Positions 7,744-16,732 of a DNA stretch of 32,000 bases are shown piece by piece. Numbering within the stretch: the stretch's first letter is position 1; the number at the start of each line of letters is the position of its first letter. A program made the translations under genes and the position numbers. Source of the stretch: Delftia acidovorans NBRC 14950 (GTDB lineage Bacteria; Pseudomonadota; Gammaproteobacteria; Burkholderiales; Burkholderiaceae_C); contig NZ_BCZP01000001.1 in assembly GCF_001598795.1 (NCBI RefSeq), positions 120,001-152,000 of the forward strand, in the 5' to 3' direction. The notes beneath the pieces are model-generated. The model was not told the DNA's origin, searched no databases, and worked only from the letters and a program-made list of their open reading frames with translations.

Positions 7744-9531
7744 ATGAATCTGAATCAAATCACGGTCGCCCAGAAGCTGTGGGCCCTGGTGCTGGGACTG
7801 CTGGTGAGCATGCTGGTGGTCAACGGCGGCATCCTGGTCTATCTGCACGGGGTCAACGAGAAGATCAACACCGCTGTGATGACCGCGCAAAGCGGCGCCA
7901 CGCTGGCGCGCGAGTGGCGGCATCTGACGCAGATGAGCGTGGAGCGCTCCATCGTCGCGGCCATGTCGCCCGACGAGACGCTGGCAGCGCAGCAGCGCGC
8001 GTTGATGAGCAAGGGCATAGAGCGCATCAACGTGCTGCAAAAGCAGGTGGGCGACCTGCAGCTGGGCACGCAGTCCAAGCAGGCGCTGGACGCCGTGGCG
8101 GCCGAGCGCCGCGAGACGCTCAAGGCCAACTCGGCGGCCCAGGAGGCGCGCAAGGCCAGCGATTTCGCCACCACGTTCGACATCGTTGAAAAGCAGCTGC
8201 GCCCGGCGGCCGAGCGCTACAACAGCGCGCAGGAAGCCTTCGTGCAGCAACTGGAGCGCCAAAGCGAGCTGGGGCGCGAGGAAGGCGTGGCCCATCGGCG
8301 CCAGGCGTACTGGATCGGTGCGCTGGCCAGTGCGGTCATCGTGGCCCTGGGCCTGTTCATGGGGGTGGCCATCATGCGGTCGATCACGCGGCCGCTGGAC
8401 CAGGCCGTGGCCCTGGCCGACGGCATTGCCGCAGGTGACCTCACGGGCTCGGTGCAAAGCAACCGGGGCGATGAGCTGGGCCATCTGCTGGGCGCACTCA
8501 ACGGCATGGCGCAGCGGCTGCGCGGCGTGGTGGGCGAAGTGCGCTCTGGCGTGGAGTCCGTGTCCACGGCCTCCAACCAGATCGCCAGCGGCAACCAGGA
8601 CCTGTCCTCGCGCACCGAGCAGACAGCGGCCAATCTGGAGGAGACGGCGGCCAGCATGGAAGAGCTGACGGCCACCGTCACCCAGTCGGCCGACACGGCG
8701 CGCCAGGCCAACCAGCTGGCGGCCACGGCCGCGCAGGCGGCCGAGCAGGGCGGTGCCGTGGTGGCCCAGGTGGTCACCAGCATGCAGCAGATCACGGACA
8801 GCAGCCGCAAGATCGCCGACATCATCGGCGTGATCGACGGCATTGCCTTCCAGACCAATATCCTGGCGCTGAACGCCGCCGTGGAAGCGGCCCGCGCAGG
8901 CGAGCAGGGCCGGGGCTTTGCCGTGGTGGCGGGCGAGGTGCGTTCGCTGGCCCAGCGCAGCGCCGAGGCCGCCAAGGAAATCAAGCTGCTGATCACCACC
9001 AGCGTGGACAACGTGCAGTCGGGCTCCAAGCAGGTGGAGCAGGCGGGGCGTTCCATGGAGGAAATCGTCTCCAGCGTGCGCCGCGTCAGCGACCTCATCG
9101 GCGAGATCACGGCCTCGTCCACCGAGCAGCGCGACGGCATCGGCCAGGTCAACCAGGCCGTGACCCAGCTCGACCAGATGACCCAGCAGAACGCGGCCCT
9201 GGTCGAGGAATCCAGCGCGGCTGCGCTGGCCATGCAGGACCAGGCGCGGCGCCTGTCCGAGGTGGTGGCGGTGTTCAAGCTGGGGCAGGAGGGCAGCGCA
9301 CTGGCGCCGGCCAGGGCACACGTGCCGGCCACCGCAGCGGCACGCCGGCCGGCATCTATCGGTGCAACCGGTGCAACTGCTGCGGTGCGCCCTGCGCCTG
9401 CGGCACCCGTACGTCCAGCGCCCGCCGTGCGCAATGCACCGGCGCCCCAGAAGATCCAGCAGCCCGTGGCGAAAGCCCCCGCCAGGACAGCGGCCAAGAC
9501 AGGGGCGGACGACGACTGGGAGACCTTCTGA
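7744..9531 (+). CDS. Transmembrane methyl-accepting chemotaxis protein (about 190-aa helical periplasmic sensor, HAMP, MA domain, Ala/Pro tether, C-terminal DWETF)
   Basis: The MA core is [48 protein letters not shown] trimmed the start to ATG 7744 ([21 protein letters not shown]...). The protein ends ...GADDDWETF. Confidence 0.9.
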   Translation: MNLNQITVAQKLWALVLGLLVSMLVVNGGILVYLHGVNEKINTAVMTAQSGATLAREWRHLTQMSVERSIVAAMSPDETLAAQQRALMSKGIERINVLQKQVGDLQLGTQSKQALDAVAAERRETLKANSAAQEARKASDFATTFDIVEKQLRPAAERYNSAQEAFVQQLERQSELGREEGVAHRRQAYWIGALASAVIVALGLFMGVAIMRSITRPLDQAVALADGIAAGDLTGSVQSNRGDELGHLLGALNGMAQRLRGVVGEVRSGVESVSTASNQIASGNQDLSSRTEQTAANLEETAASMEELTATVTQSADTARQANQLAATAAQAAEQGGAVVAQVVTSMQQITDSSRKIADIIGVIDGIAFQTNILALNAAVEAARAGEQGRGFAVVAGEVRSLAQRSAEAAKEIKLLITTSVDNVQSGSKQVEQAGRSMEEIVSSVRRVSDLIGEITASSTEQRDGIGQVNQAVTQLDQMTQQNAALVEESSAAALAMQDQARRLSEVVAVFKLGQEGSALAPARAHVPATAAARRPASIGATGATAAVRPAPAAPVRPAPAVRNAPAPQKIQQPVAKAPARTAAKTGADDDWETF

Positions 9532-9547
9532 CCGGGAGGAGCGGGGA

Positions 9548-9581
9548 TGCAGGCCGGCGTGCAAGTCAGCGCCGGCCTGCA
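9548..9581. terminator. 12-bp GC hairpin between convergent MCP and DUF799 genes
   Basis: TGCAGGCCGGCG-tgcaagtcag-CGCCGGCCTGCA. No clear U-tract on either side. Confidence 0.5.
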
Positions 9582-9589
9582 GGCCTTCG

Positions 9590-10252
9590 TCAGTTGCGCG
9601 GCTTGCCGTAGTCGGGCGAGCGCGGGCCTGGCAGCAGTCCGCGCTGCGCCATGGGCGACAGCAGGCGCTGGTTGGCGATGGAGGCGATCTGCACGCTGCG
9701 GTCGTTCATGGTGTCCAGGATCTGGTTGAGCAGTGCCGTCACCAGGATGCCGACCAGTCCGCCGCCTGAGCTTTGCCCTTCGGCGCTGGAGGCCGTGGCA
9801 CTGCCATCCCACAGCTGGGTGCCGGTGCGCAGGTCCACCAGCCTGGCCTCCAGCGTGACCACGGAGGCGCTGCTGATCACCGCATAGCTGGTGCCGTAAT
9901 TGCGGATGTTCAGGTACAGGGCCGCATCGGCGCCAAAGATTTCACGGAGCTTGGCCACGGGCAGTTCCTGGGCGTCGTCTGCGCTGACGATGCCGTTCTG
10001 GCGGAACATTTCCTCGGTGACAGCCACGGGCAGAACGTAGTAGCCGGCCTCGGCCAGCGGCAGCGTGATCTGGGACAGCACGCCCGCCGGTGCATTCACT
10101 TCCGGGGACTGGTTCAGCGCAGGCATGACCAGGATGGATGCAGGCTTGGATGCCCGCAGCGCCGCATAGTCATAGGGCGCGGTGGTGGCGCACCCGGTCA
10201 GCGCCACGGTCATGGCAAGAGCCAGGGTCTTGATGTGATCGGTCAGGCGCAT
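9590..10252 (-). CDS. DUF799 (GNA1162-type) lipoprotein
   Basis: 220 aa with signal peptide and lipobox ALTG|C. KPASILVMPALNQS...PLAEAGYYVLPV...IFGADAALYLNI...LVDLRTGTQLW matches my recollection of the DUF799 family. It starts 1 nt after the stop of the upstream gene. Confidence 0.8.
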   Translation of the reverse strand: MRLTDHIKTLALAMTVALTGCATTAPYDYAALRASKPASILVMPALNQSPEVNAPAGVLSQITLPLAEAGYYVLPVAVTEEMFRQNGIVSADDAQELPVAKLREIFGADAALYLNIRNYGTSYAVISSASVVTLEARLVDLRTGTQLWDGSATASSAEGQSSGGGLVGILVTALLNQILDTMNDRSVQIASIANQRLLSPMAQRGLLPGPRSPDYGKPRN

Positions 10253-10253
10253 G

Positions 10254-10628
10254 TCAATTCTTGCGGGCCGTGAAGGTTTGCAACAGCGTGTCCATGAAGG
10301 TGGCGGACTCGGGGAAATGCTGTTTTTCCTCGGCCAATTGCTCCACCGTCTTTTCGTTGTTGCCGGTCCGGGAATAGAGCATGGCCATATGGGCGCGGTA
10401 GCCGGGCGGCAGCGCCTTTCCCTCGGCCTGGACCTTCAGGCGGGCTTCTTCCAGCTTGAGCAATTGGTCCTCGGCGCCGGTACTGCCGTCGTCCTTGAGG
10501 TATTGGTAGACCTGGGGCTGGTAGTCATTCCAGGCATACAGCGGCTGGCGCGGCGCAGCGCAGCCGGCCAAAGTGGCGCAAATGGCCAGCGCGGCCAGGG
10601 CCGCTGCCGAATGGATGGGGCGCTTCAT
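10254..10628 (-). CDS. DUF4810-type small lipoprotein
   Basis: Start trimmed to ATG 10628 (MKRPIHSAAALAALAICATLAG|C lipobox). YAWNDYQPQVYQYL...LPPGYRAHMAMLY...EKQHFPESATFMDTLL is DUF4810-like. Its ATG overlaps the TGA of the CsgG-like gene (ATGA at 10625-10628). Confidence 0.75.
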   Translation of the reverse strand: MKRPIHSAAALAALAICATLAGCAAPRQPLYAWNDYQPQVYQYLKDDGSTGAEDQLLKLEEARLKVQAEGKALPPGYRAHMAMLYSRTGNNEKTVEQLAEEKQHFPESATFMDTLLQTFTARKN

Positions 10629-11305
10629 TGCGCGGGCTTCCATGCGCCGCTGTCAATGCCGGCTGCCAGCTTGTCCACGGCTTCGCGGATGGCCAGATCC
10701 AGTACCTTGCCGTTGAGCGTGGAGTCATAGCCGGCCGTGCTGCCGAATCCCACGATTTCGCGGTTCGACAGGCTGTATTCGCCGGCACCCTGTACCGAAT
10801 AGACGACTTCGGAGGTCTGCACCCGGACGATGTTCAGGCTGACCTTGGCATAGGCCACCTGCTCCTTGCCACGGCCGAGCACGCCGAAGAACTGGCGGTC
10901 CCCGACCACCTTGCGGCCGAACTCGCTCACGTCGCCGGTCACGACGTAGGTGGCGCCCTTGATCGCTTGCTCCTGCTTGTTGAAGCCCGCTTCCTGGCGG
11001 GTCTCGGACATGTTGTCGCGGTCCAGCACGCTGAATCGGCCGCTTTGCTGCAGGTGGGTTACCAAGATGGTTCTGGCCTGGCCACCGAGGCGATCGACGC
11101 CGTCCGAGAAAATGCCGCGCTGAAAGCTGGAGCGGTTGTCGAATTTGCCCACGGAAATGGGGCTGCGCGTGCCTTGATAGGCGCTGGATGCAGAGGCAGG
11201 CTTGGCCGTTTCAAGCGTGCGCGATTGCTCGGTGGTGGAGCAGCCGGAAAGGCCGGCGGCCAGGGTGATGGCAATGGCCGTGCAAGGCCACAGGCGAGAG
11301 GTCAT
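10625..11305 (-). CDS. CsgG/HfaB-family outer-membrane lipoprotein
   Basis: Start trimmed to ATG 11305 (MTSRLWPCTAIAITLAAGLSG|C lipobox), with GGGGA about 8 nt upstream. ISVGKFDNRS...GGQARTILVTHLQQSGRFSVLDRDNM and the YVVTGDVSEFG pattern are CsgG-like. Confidence 0.8.
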   Translation of the reverse strand: MTSRLWPCTAIAITLAAGLSGCSTTEQSRTLETAKPASASSAYQGTRSPISVGKFDNRSSFQRGIFSDGVDRLGGQARTILVTHLQQSGRFSVLDRDNMSETRQEAGFNKQEQAIKGATYVVTGDVSEFGRKVVGDRQFFGVLGRGKEQVAYAKVSLNIVRVQTSEVVYSVQGAGEYSLSNREIVGFGSTAGYDSTLNGKVLDLAIREAVDKLAAGIDSGAWKPAQ

Positions 11306-11374
11306 GAGTATTTCCCCGGTTTTCTTGGAATGAATTTGCAATAATTTGTTGCAAAAACCGGGGATATTAACCGA

Positions 11375-11396
11375 GGGGCGCCGTGAATGGCGCCCC
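11375..11396 (-). terminator. Hairpin just downstream of the recJ stop
   Basis: GGGGCGCC-gtgaat-GGCGCCCC is an 8-bp GC stem located 7 nt after the recJ stop. The U-tract is weak. An AT-rich promoter-like stretch for the lipoprotein operon follows. Confidence 0.45.
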
Positions 11397-11402
11397 GGGT
11401 CT

Positions 11403-13127
11403 CTAGGACGCGTCCGAATGCACTCCCTCGATCAGGAATTGCACCTTGCGCTCTCCGCGCCATTCATTGATGTCCATGCGAAAGGCAATGCACGCCGAGG
11501 GCGGCAGCGGGTCGGTATGGCCGAACCAGATTCCGTCCACGGTTTCGCCCTGATGGCGCAATTGCAGTTTCAGGTGCTTTTCACCGACCAGGCGCTGTGA
11601 CAGCACTTCCAGTTGCTCGCTGAAGGTGGGGGGGGCAAAGCCCTGGCCCCAGACCGCGAGATTGAGCTGCTCGACCATTTCGGGCTTGCGGAAATCCGGG
11701 TCCAGCGGTCCGTCGGTCTCTATGCGGCGCGTCAGCGTGGCTGCGTCCAGCCATTCCTGTGCCACCTGGGCCAGGGCCTTCTCGAATACCGCGAAACCGG
11801 CCTCGGCAATGGTGCAGCCGGCCGCCATGGCGTGGCCGCCAAAGCGCAGCAGCAGGCCGGGGTGGCGCTTGGATACGAGGTCCAGCGCGTCGCGCAGGTG
11901 AAAGCCGGGAATGGAGCGGCCCGAGCCCTTGAGTTCATGCTCGTGCCCCGGCGCGCCGCTGGCGGCGAAGACGAAGCTGGGCCGGTGCATGCGGTCCTTG
12001 ATGCGCGAGGCCACGATGCCGACCACGCCCTCGTGGAAGTCCGGGTCGAACACGCTGATGGCGGCCGGCGGCGTCATGCCGTCCTCGCACAGGCCTTCGG
12101 CCATGAGCAGGGCCTGCTCGCGCATGCCGCCTTCCAGTTCGCGGCGTTCGCGGTTGATGGCGTCCAGCATCTGCGCCAGGTTGGCGGCGCGGCCCGCATC
12201 GTCCGTGGTCAGGCACTCGATGCCGATGGTCATGTCGGACAGCCGGCCTGCAGCATTGATGCGCGGGCCCAGGGCAAAGCCGAAGTCGAACGTGGTGGCC
12301 GCAAAGGCCTTGCGGCCAGCGGCTTCGAACAGGGCCAGCAGGCCCGGCTGCATCTGGCCACGGCGGATCTGCTTCAGGCCCAGGGCGACCAGGCGGCGGT
12401 TGTTGGCATCCAGCCGCACCACGTCGGCCACCGTGCCCAGGGCGACCAGGGGCAGCAGGGCCTCCAGCCGGGGCTGATTGGCCTTGTCGAAGCGGCCGCG
12501 CGCGCGCAGCTCGGCACGCAGAGCCAGCAGCACGTAGAACATCACGCCGACGCCGGCCATGGACTTGCTCTCGAAGCTGCAGCCGGGCTGGTTGGGGTTG
12601 ACGATGGCATCGGCCAGCGGCAGGTGGTTGCCGGGCAGGTGGTGGTCGGTGACGACCACCTGCAGGCCCAGGGCCTTGGCCTCGGCCACGCCTTCGACGC
12701 TGGCAATGCCGTTGTCCACGGTGACCATCACCTCGGCGCCGGTTTCCTTGACGCGGCGTGCGATGGGCGGCGTCAGGCCGTAGCCGTCCACCACGCGGTC
12801 GGGCACCAGGTAGCTGACCTCGGTCGCGCCCAGCATGCGCAGGCCGCGCCAGCCCACGGCGCAGGCGGTGGCGCCGTCGCAGTCGTAGTCGGCCACGATG
12901 CACAGGCGCAGGCCGCGCTCTATGGCGTCGGCCAGTAGCCGCACGGCGGCCTCCATGCCCAGCAGGCCCGAGGGGGCCAGCAGGCGTGCAGGGGTGTCGT
13001 CCAGTTCGTCGGCGGAGCACACGCCGCGTGCGGCGTAGAGCTGGGCCAGCAGCGGGTGGACGCCGGCCTGGCGCAGTGCCGAGGCCTGCTGCACAGGGAT
13101 CTCGCGGGGGATGATTTTCATGGGCAA
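11403..13127 (-). CDS. recJ: Single-stranded-DNA-specific exonuclease RecJ
   Basis: 574 aa with DHH-family motifs IVADYDCDG, VTVDNG and VVVTDHHLPG, plus DHHA1-type GGHAMAAG. Confidence 0.95.
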   Translation of the reverse strand: MPMKIIPREIPVQQASALRQAGVHPLLAQLYAARGVCSADELDDTPARLLAPSGLLGMEAAVRLLADAIERGLRLCIVADYDCDGATACAVGWRGLRMLGATEVSYLVPDRVVDGYGLTPPIARRVKETGAEVMVTVDNGIASVEGVAEAKALGLQVVVTDHHLPGNHLPLADAIVNPNQPGCSFESKSMAGVGVMFYVLLALRAELRARGRFDKANQPRLEALLPLVALGTVADVVRLDANNRRLVALGLKQIRRGQMQPGLLALFEAAGRKAFAATTFDFGFALGPRINAAGRLSDMTIGIECLTTDDAGRAANLAQMLDAINRERRELEGGMREQALLMAEGLCEDGMTPPAAISVFDPDFHEGVVGIVASRIKDRMHRPSFVFAASGAPGHEHELKGSGRSIPGFHLRDALDLVSKRHPGLLLRFGGHAMAAGCTIAEAGFAVFEKALAQVAQEWLDAATLTRRIETDGPLDPDFRKPEMVEQLNLAVWGQGFAPPTFSEQLEVLSQRLVGEKHLKLQLRHQGETVDGIWFGHTDPLPPSACIAFRMDINEWRGERKVQFLIEGVHSDAS

Positions 13128-13131
13128 TGTG

Positions 13132-14130
13132 TCAGAGCATGCGGCCCAGGTCGGGCAGGGCGCGGGGGCCGAAAAGGCCCGTCAGCCTGTCCAGCCAGCG
13201 CGGCGGGCGGCTGCTCCATGCGATGGCATGGCGTTCGCCGCACAGCGTCAGCGTGAGCGGGTGGCCTGCGCGCACGCGCTCCAGCAGGCGGGCGATGAGC
13301 CCGGCGTCCAGGGCCTTCCAGGCCTCGCGCCACGCAGCGGGGTTGCCCTGCAGGGCTGCGGCGTGAAGGTCGTCCAGGCATTGCACGGCGGCCTTGGCGC
13401 CGGTGGCCGTGCCGGGCTGCAGGCGCCCGGCGCCGTGGACCCAGAAGGCGTTGATGGGCACCTGGCCGCGCGCGGCGCGGGCATCGTTGAAGACATGGGT
13501 GTAGAGCAGCATCTGCACCTCGCTTTGCAGGCGGTGCAGGGCGCGCGCCTGCTGCGCATCGGGCAGCCAGGGCCGCACGTCGCGGCCAATGACGCGGTCC
13601 ATGGAGGCCGTGGCCAGGTCATCGAACAGCGCACCGCGCGCCAGCCAGCGCTGCGGCTGCTGGTACTCCAGCACGATGCCGTCGTCAGCGAACCAGGGCG
13701 CCAGCAGGGCCAGCAGCTGGCGGGATTCCTCATCGCTGAGGGGTGTGGTGGCGGGATCGCTCTGGTGCACCTGGTCTGCGCCTATGTGCCAGTGGCAGGG
13801 CGTGACATAGGCGCAGGCCTGCGCCGTCTCACCGGCCTGCCAGGCGGCCCAGGCAATCAGGCCCGGCACATCGGGCAGGCCCAGCGAGCGCGCCAGGGCG
13901 CGTTCGTGGGGGGGAGAAAAATCCATCTCCGTGCCGGTCTGTGCGGGCGCGGGCTGCATCAACGCCAGCAGGGATTGGAGATGGGGCAGCTCCAGTCCGC
14001 CCCAGACGGCCGCGACGGCAGCGTCATCCGCTGCATCCGAGGACGGACCGCCGGCATAGGGAATGATCCATTCGGTCGTTTCCTCCAGCGGGGCTTGGGT
14101 GGAGGACACCAGGGGCGCGGTCAAAAGCAT
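13132..14130 (-). CDS. Conserved hypothetical protein, possibly the RpfE-type family found next to recJ
   Basis: 332-aa ORF with high GC3. It stops 4 nt before the recJ start, so the two form an operon. The family name comes from memory of the Xanthomonas rpfE-recJ neighbourhood, not from a search. No motifs recognised. Confidence 0.7.
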   Translation of the reverse strand: MLLTAPLVSSTQAPLEETTEWIIPYAGGPSSDAADDAAVAAVWGGLELPHLQSLLALMQPAPAQTGTEMDFSPPHERALARSLGLPDVPGLIAWAAWQAGETAQACAYVTPCHWHIGADQVHQSDPATTPLSDEESRQLLALLAPWFADDGIVLEYQQPQRWLARGALFDDLATASMDRVIGRDVRPWLPDAQQARALHRLQSEVQMLLYTHVFNDARAARGQVPINAFWVHGAGRLQPGTATGAKAAVQCLDDLHAAALQGNPAAWREAWKALDAGLIARLLERVRAGHPLTLTLCGERHAIAWSSRPPRWLDRLTGLFGPRALPDLGRML

Positions 14131-14196
14131 GGCCGCTATTGTCGGGCATGGGGTGCCGCAGTGCCGGCGCCTTCGTTTTTCCCCTTGGAGCGCGGT

Positions 14197-15522
14197 TCAG
14201 CGCTGGGGCATGTCGCGGGCCGAAGAGACCAGGCTGACCGTGGCGTCCTCGGGGATGGGCGGCATGCCCTGGTTCCAGTCTTCCCAGGCGCTGCGCATGG
14301 CGGCCAGACGCTCGGGCGCGCGCGCTGCCTGGTTGGCGCGCTCGCGCTCGTCGGCCGCAAGGTCGAACAGGTAGTCGATGCCGTCCATGCGCAGGTACTT
14401 CCAGTCGCCGTCGCGCAGCGCGCGCTGGCCGCGGTGCTTCATGCGCCAGTGCAGGGTGCGTGGGAATTCGGCATATTCGGCCCGCAGCACGGGCAGCAGC
14501 GAGATGCCGTCCAGCGCATGGCCCTCTGGCGCCTGCACGCCGGCGGCATCCAGCACCGTGGCCGACCAGTCCATGCTCATGCAGTGCTGGGGGCTGCTGC
14601 GGCCCGGTGCGATCACGGCCGGCCAGTGCGCAATCCAGGGCACGCGTATGCCGCCCTCGGTCAGGTCCATCTTGCCGCCGACCAGGGGCCAGTTGTCGGA
14701 GAAGCGTTCGCCGCCGTTGTCGCTGGTGAAGACGATGAGGGTGTTGTCCAGCTGCCCGTTGGCGCGCAGCGCCTCGACGATCCAGCCTATGCCTTCGTCC
14801 ATGTGGTGGATCATGCGGCGGTACTGGTGGATGTTGCCGCCGTCCAGGTGGGCAATGCCCGCGCCCAGGGCCTCGGCCGTGCTGCGGTCATCGCGCGTTT
14901 CCCAGGGCCAGTGTGGCGCCGTGTAGTGCAGGCTCAGGAAGAAGGGCGCATCGCCTTGGGCCATGCGGTGGACGAAGTCCACGCTGCGCTGCGACAGCAG
15001 GTCGGTCAGGTAGCCCTCGTCATGGTGTTCCTCCTCGCCCACCCACAGGTCGTGCTGGCCCGAGCTGCTCAGGTGGGTGAAGTAGTCCACGCCGCCCGAC
15101 ATGGGGCCGAAGTATTCCTCGTAGCCCGAGCGCAGCGGGCCGAAGTGCGGCGGGTAGCCCAGGTGCCATTTGCCGATCAGCGCCGTGCGGTAGCCCGCAT
15201 CCCTGAGCATGGAGGCCACGGTGGGCATGTCCGGCGGCAGGCCCAGCTTCTCGCCCAGCGGCGTGCCGCGTGTCTTGCTGTTGATGGGCTCCTCGGCCGC
15301 ACCGCGCAGGCGGTACTGGTAGCGCGCCGTGGCCAGGGCAAAGCGCGTGGGAGAGCACACGGGCGAGTTGGCATAGCCCTGGGTGAGCCTGAGGCCGCCG
15401 GCGGCCAGGCGGTCAAGCACCGGGGACACCGCTCCGAAGTCGGCCGCGCGGCCGCCGTAGCAGCCGAGGTCGGCATAGCCGAGGTCGTCGGCCACGATGA
15501 AGAGGATATTGGGACGGGACAT
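14197..15522 (-). CDS. Cys-type sulfatase (arylsulfatase family) with no signal peptide
   Basis: ILFIVADDLGYADLG, formylglycine motif CSPTR (SPVCSPTRFAL), LIGKWHLGY and VFTSDNGGE. Start called at ATG 15522 (MSRPNILF...). An alternative ATG at 15570 would overlap the stop of the Bug gene as ATGA. Confidence 0.88.
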   Translation of the reverse strand: MSRPNILFIVADDLGYADLGCYGGRAADFGAVSPVLDRLAAGGLRLTQGYANSPVCSPTRFALATARYQYRLRGAAEEPINSKTRGTPLGEKLGLPPDMPTVASMLRDAGYRTALIGKWHLGYPPHFGPLRSGYEEYFGPMSGGVDYFTHLSSSGQHDLWVGEEEHHDEGYLTDLLSQRSVDFVHRMAQGDAPFFLSLHYTAPHWPWETRDDRSTAEALGAGIAHLDGGNIHQYRRMIHHMDEGIGWIVEALRANGQLDNTLIVFTSDNGGERFSDNWPLVGGKMDLTEGGIRVPWIAHWPAVIAPGRSSPQHCMSMDWSATVLDAAGVQAPEGHALDGISLLPVLRAEYAEFPRTLHWRMKHRGQRALRDGDWKYLRMDGIDYLFDLAADERERANQAARAPERLAAMRSAWEDWNQGMPPIPEDATVSLVSSARDMPQR

Positions 15523-15566
15523 GGAAATGCGCTCTGTGCAGGGTTGTGGGCGGGAAGCGGCGGCGC

Positions 15567-16589
15567 TCATTCCATCTTCATTCCAGTGGACTGGATCACG
15601 GTCCGGTAGCGGTCGGCCAGCGCCTGTATGCGTTCGGCGGCGGCCGGGCCGGTCAGGCCTTCGTAGAACAGGTCGTTGGCGCGCATGCGCTCGCGCAGGG
15701 CCGGATCCTTCATGGCCTTTTCCAGCGCGGACTGGATTCTTGCGACCAGGGGCTCGGGCGTGGCGGCAGGCACCCACAGGGCGAACAGCACTTCCTGCTC
15801 CAGGTCCTTGTGGCCCAGCTCGCCCACGGTGGGCACGCCGGGCACCAGCGGGTTGCGCTGGCGCGTGGTCACGGCCAGCGGCACGACCTTGCCGGCCGCC
15901 ACCTGGCCCAGCATGGCCGAGGAGCTGATGATGCCGCCGTCCACCTCGCCCGCCAGCACGGCCGTGCTGGCCGGGGCGTTGCCCTTGTAGGGCACGTGGC
16001 TGACCTTGGCGCCCGTGGCATGGGTCAGGATGGCCGAGGCCAGGTGGCCCGGCGTGCCGTAGCCGGCCGAGCCCAGCGTCAGGCCGCTTCTCTTGCCCTG
16101 GGCGATGAACTGGTCCAGGGTCTTGAGGCCGGTGCGCGGGTTGACGGCCACCATCATTCCCTGCGAGGCAATCATCATCACGGGGCGCAGGTCCGTGCCC
16201 TTGAACGGCATGCTTTTGTAGATGAAGGGATTGACGGTGAAGGTCGTGTCGATGCCGACCAGCAGCGTATAGCCGTCGCCGGGTGCCTTGGCCGCGTTGT
16301 CTGTGCCGATGTTGCCGCCCGCGCCGGGCCGGTTGTCCACGACGAAGGGCTGTTTGAGTTCACGCTGCAGTACCTCGCCCAGGCTGCGCGCCAGGATGTC
16401 GGCGGCGCCAGCGGGCGCGAAGGCGACGACGATGCGCACAGGTTTGGCGGGCCAGGCCGCGGCATCGGCGGCCGCATCGGCCCGGGCGCCAGCGCCGGAG
16501 CCCAGGCCCAGCAGAAGGGCCAGGCCGGCCCGCAGCAGCGGGCTGCGCAAGGCATGGGTGGCATGGGTGGCTTGGAACAGGGAAAACAT
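15567..16589 (-). CDS. Bug-family (TctC-like) periplasmic substrate-binding protein of tripartite tricarboxylate transporters
   Basis: 340 aa with a signal peptide ending GAGARA. KPVRIVVAFAPAGAADILAR...VVDNRPGAGGNIG...GDGYTLLV...GSAGYGTPGHL are typical of Bug proteins. Confidence 0.9.
   Translation of the reverse strand: MFSLFQATHATHALRSPLLRAGLALLLGLGSGAGARADAAADAAAWPAKPVRIVVAFAPAGAADILARSLGEVLQRELKQPFVVDNRPGAGGNIGTDNAAKAPGDGYTLLVGIDTTFTVNPFIYKSMPFKGTDLRPVMMIASQGMMVAVNPRTGLKTLDQFIAQGKRSGLTLGSAGYGTPGHLASAILTHATGAKVSHVPYKGNAPASTAVLAGEVDGGIISSSAMLGQVAAGKVVPLAVTTRQRNPLVPGVPTVGELGHKDLEQEVLFALWVPAATPEPLVARIQSALEKAMKDPALRERMRANDLFYEGLTGPAAAERIQALADRYRTVIQSTGMKME
16551..16571 (-). repeat. 9-bp tandem duplication (gccacccat x2.3) encoding ATHATHA in the n-region of the Bug signal peptide
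   Basis: The plus strand reads ggcatgggt ggcatgggt ggc. Seen directly in the sequence. Confidence 0.85.
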
Positions 16590-16707
16590 GGTGGCGAACT
16601 TTCTGCACTGCGGGGGCGCCGGGCTTTGCGAGAATCCCCAGGCCGGCTCCGGACGGTGGCTCCCGTTGTCTCCTTTCCGGACGGGGCCACTGTAGAAGTC
16701 CCCGCAG

Positions 16708-16726
16708 CAATTGATCTAATCAACTG
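16708..16726. promoter_or_regulatory. 19-bp imperfect palindrome, candidate MarR operator in the divergent marR/bug-sulfatase intergenic region
   Basis: CAATTGATCTAATCAACTG has core TTGAT-cta-ATCAA perfect and 7 of 9 arm positions complementary. It is the most AT-rich spot of the 143-bp intergenic region. Confidence 0.45.
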
Positions 16727-16732
16727 TTCCCC

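Noticed and set aside
11628-11635. An 8-nt G/C homopolymer inside recJ (codons GCC CCC CCC for A-P-P)
   Set aside because: It could in principle slip. However, recJ is a housekeeping gene, the tract simply encodes Pro-Pro in a GC-rich genome, and nothing else suggests phase variation.
15523-15777. N-terminal extensions of track ORFs. Examples: sulfatase to 15777, M50 to 4498, MCP to 7624, tatD to 20900, SpeE-like to 22225, lolC to 17211, and the CsgG-like gene to 11341.
   Set aside because: The extensions overlap upstream genes or intergenic promoters, have non-protein-like composition, and precede the conserved family N-termini or signal peptides. I chose the internal starts that give canonical N-termini.
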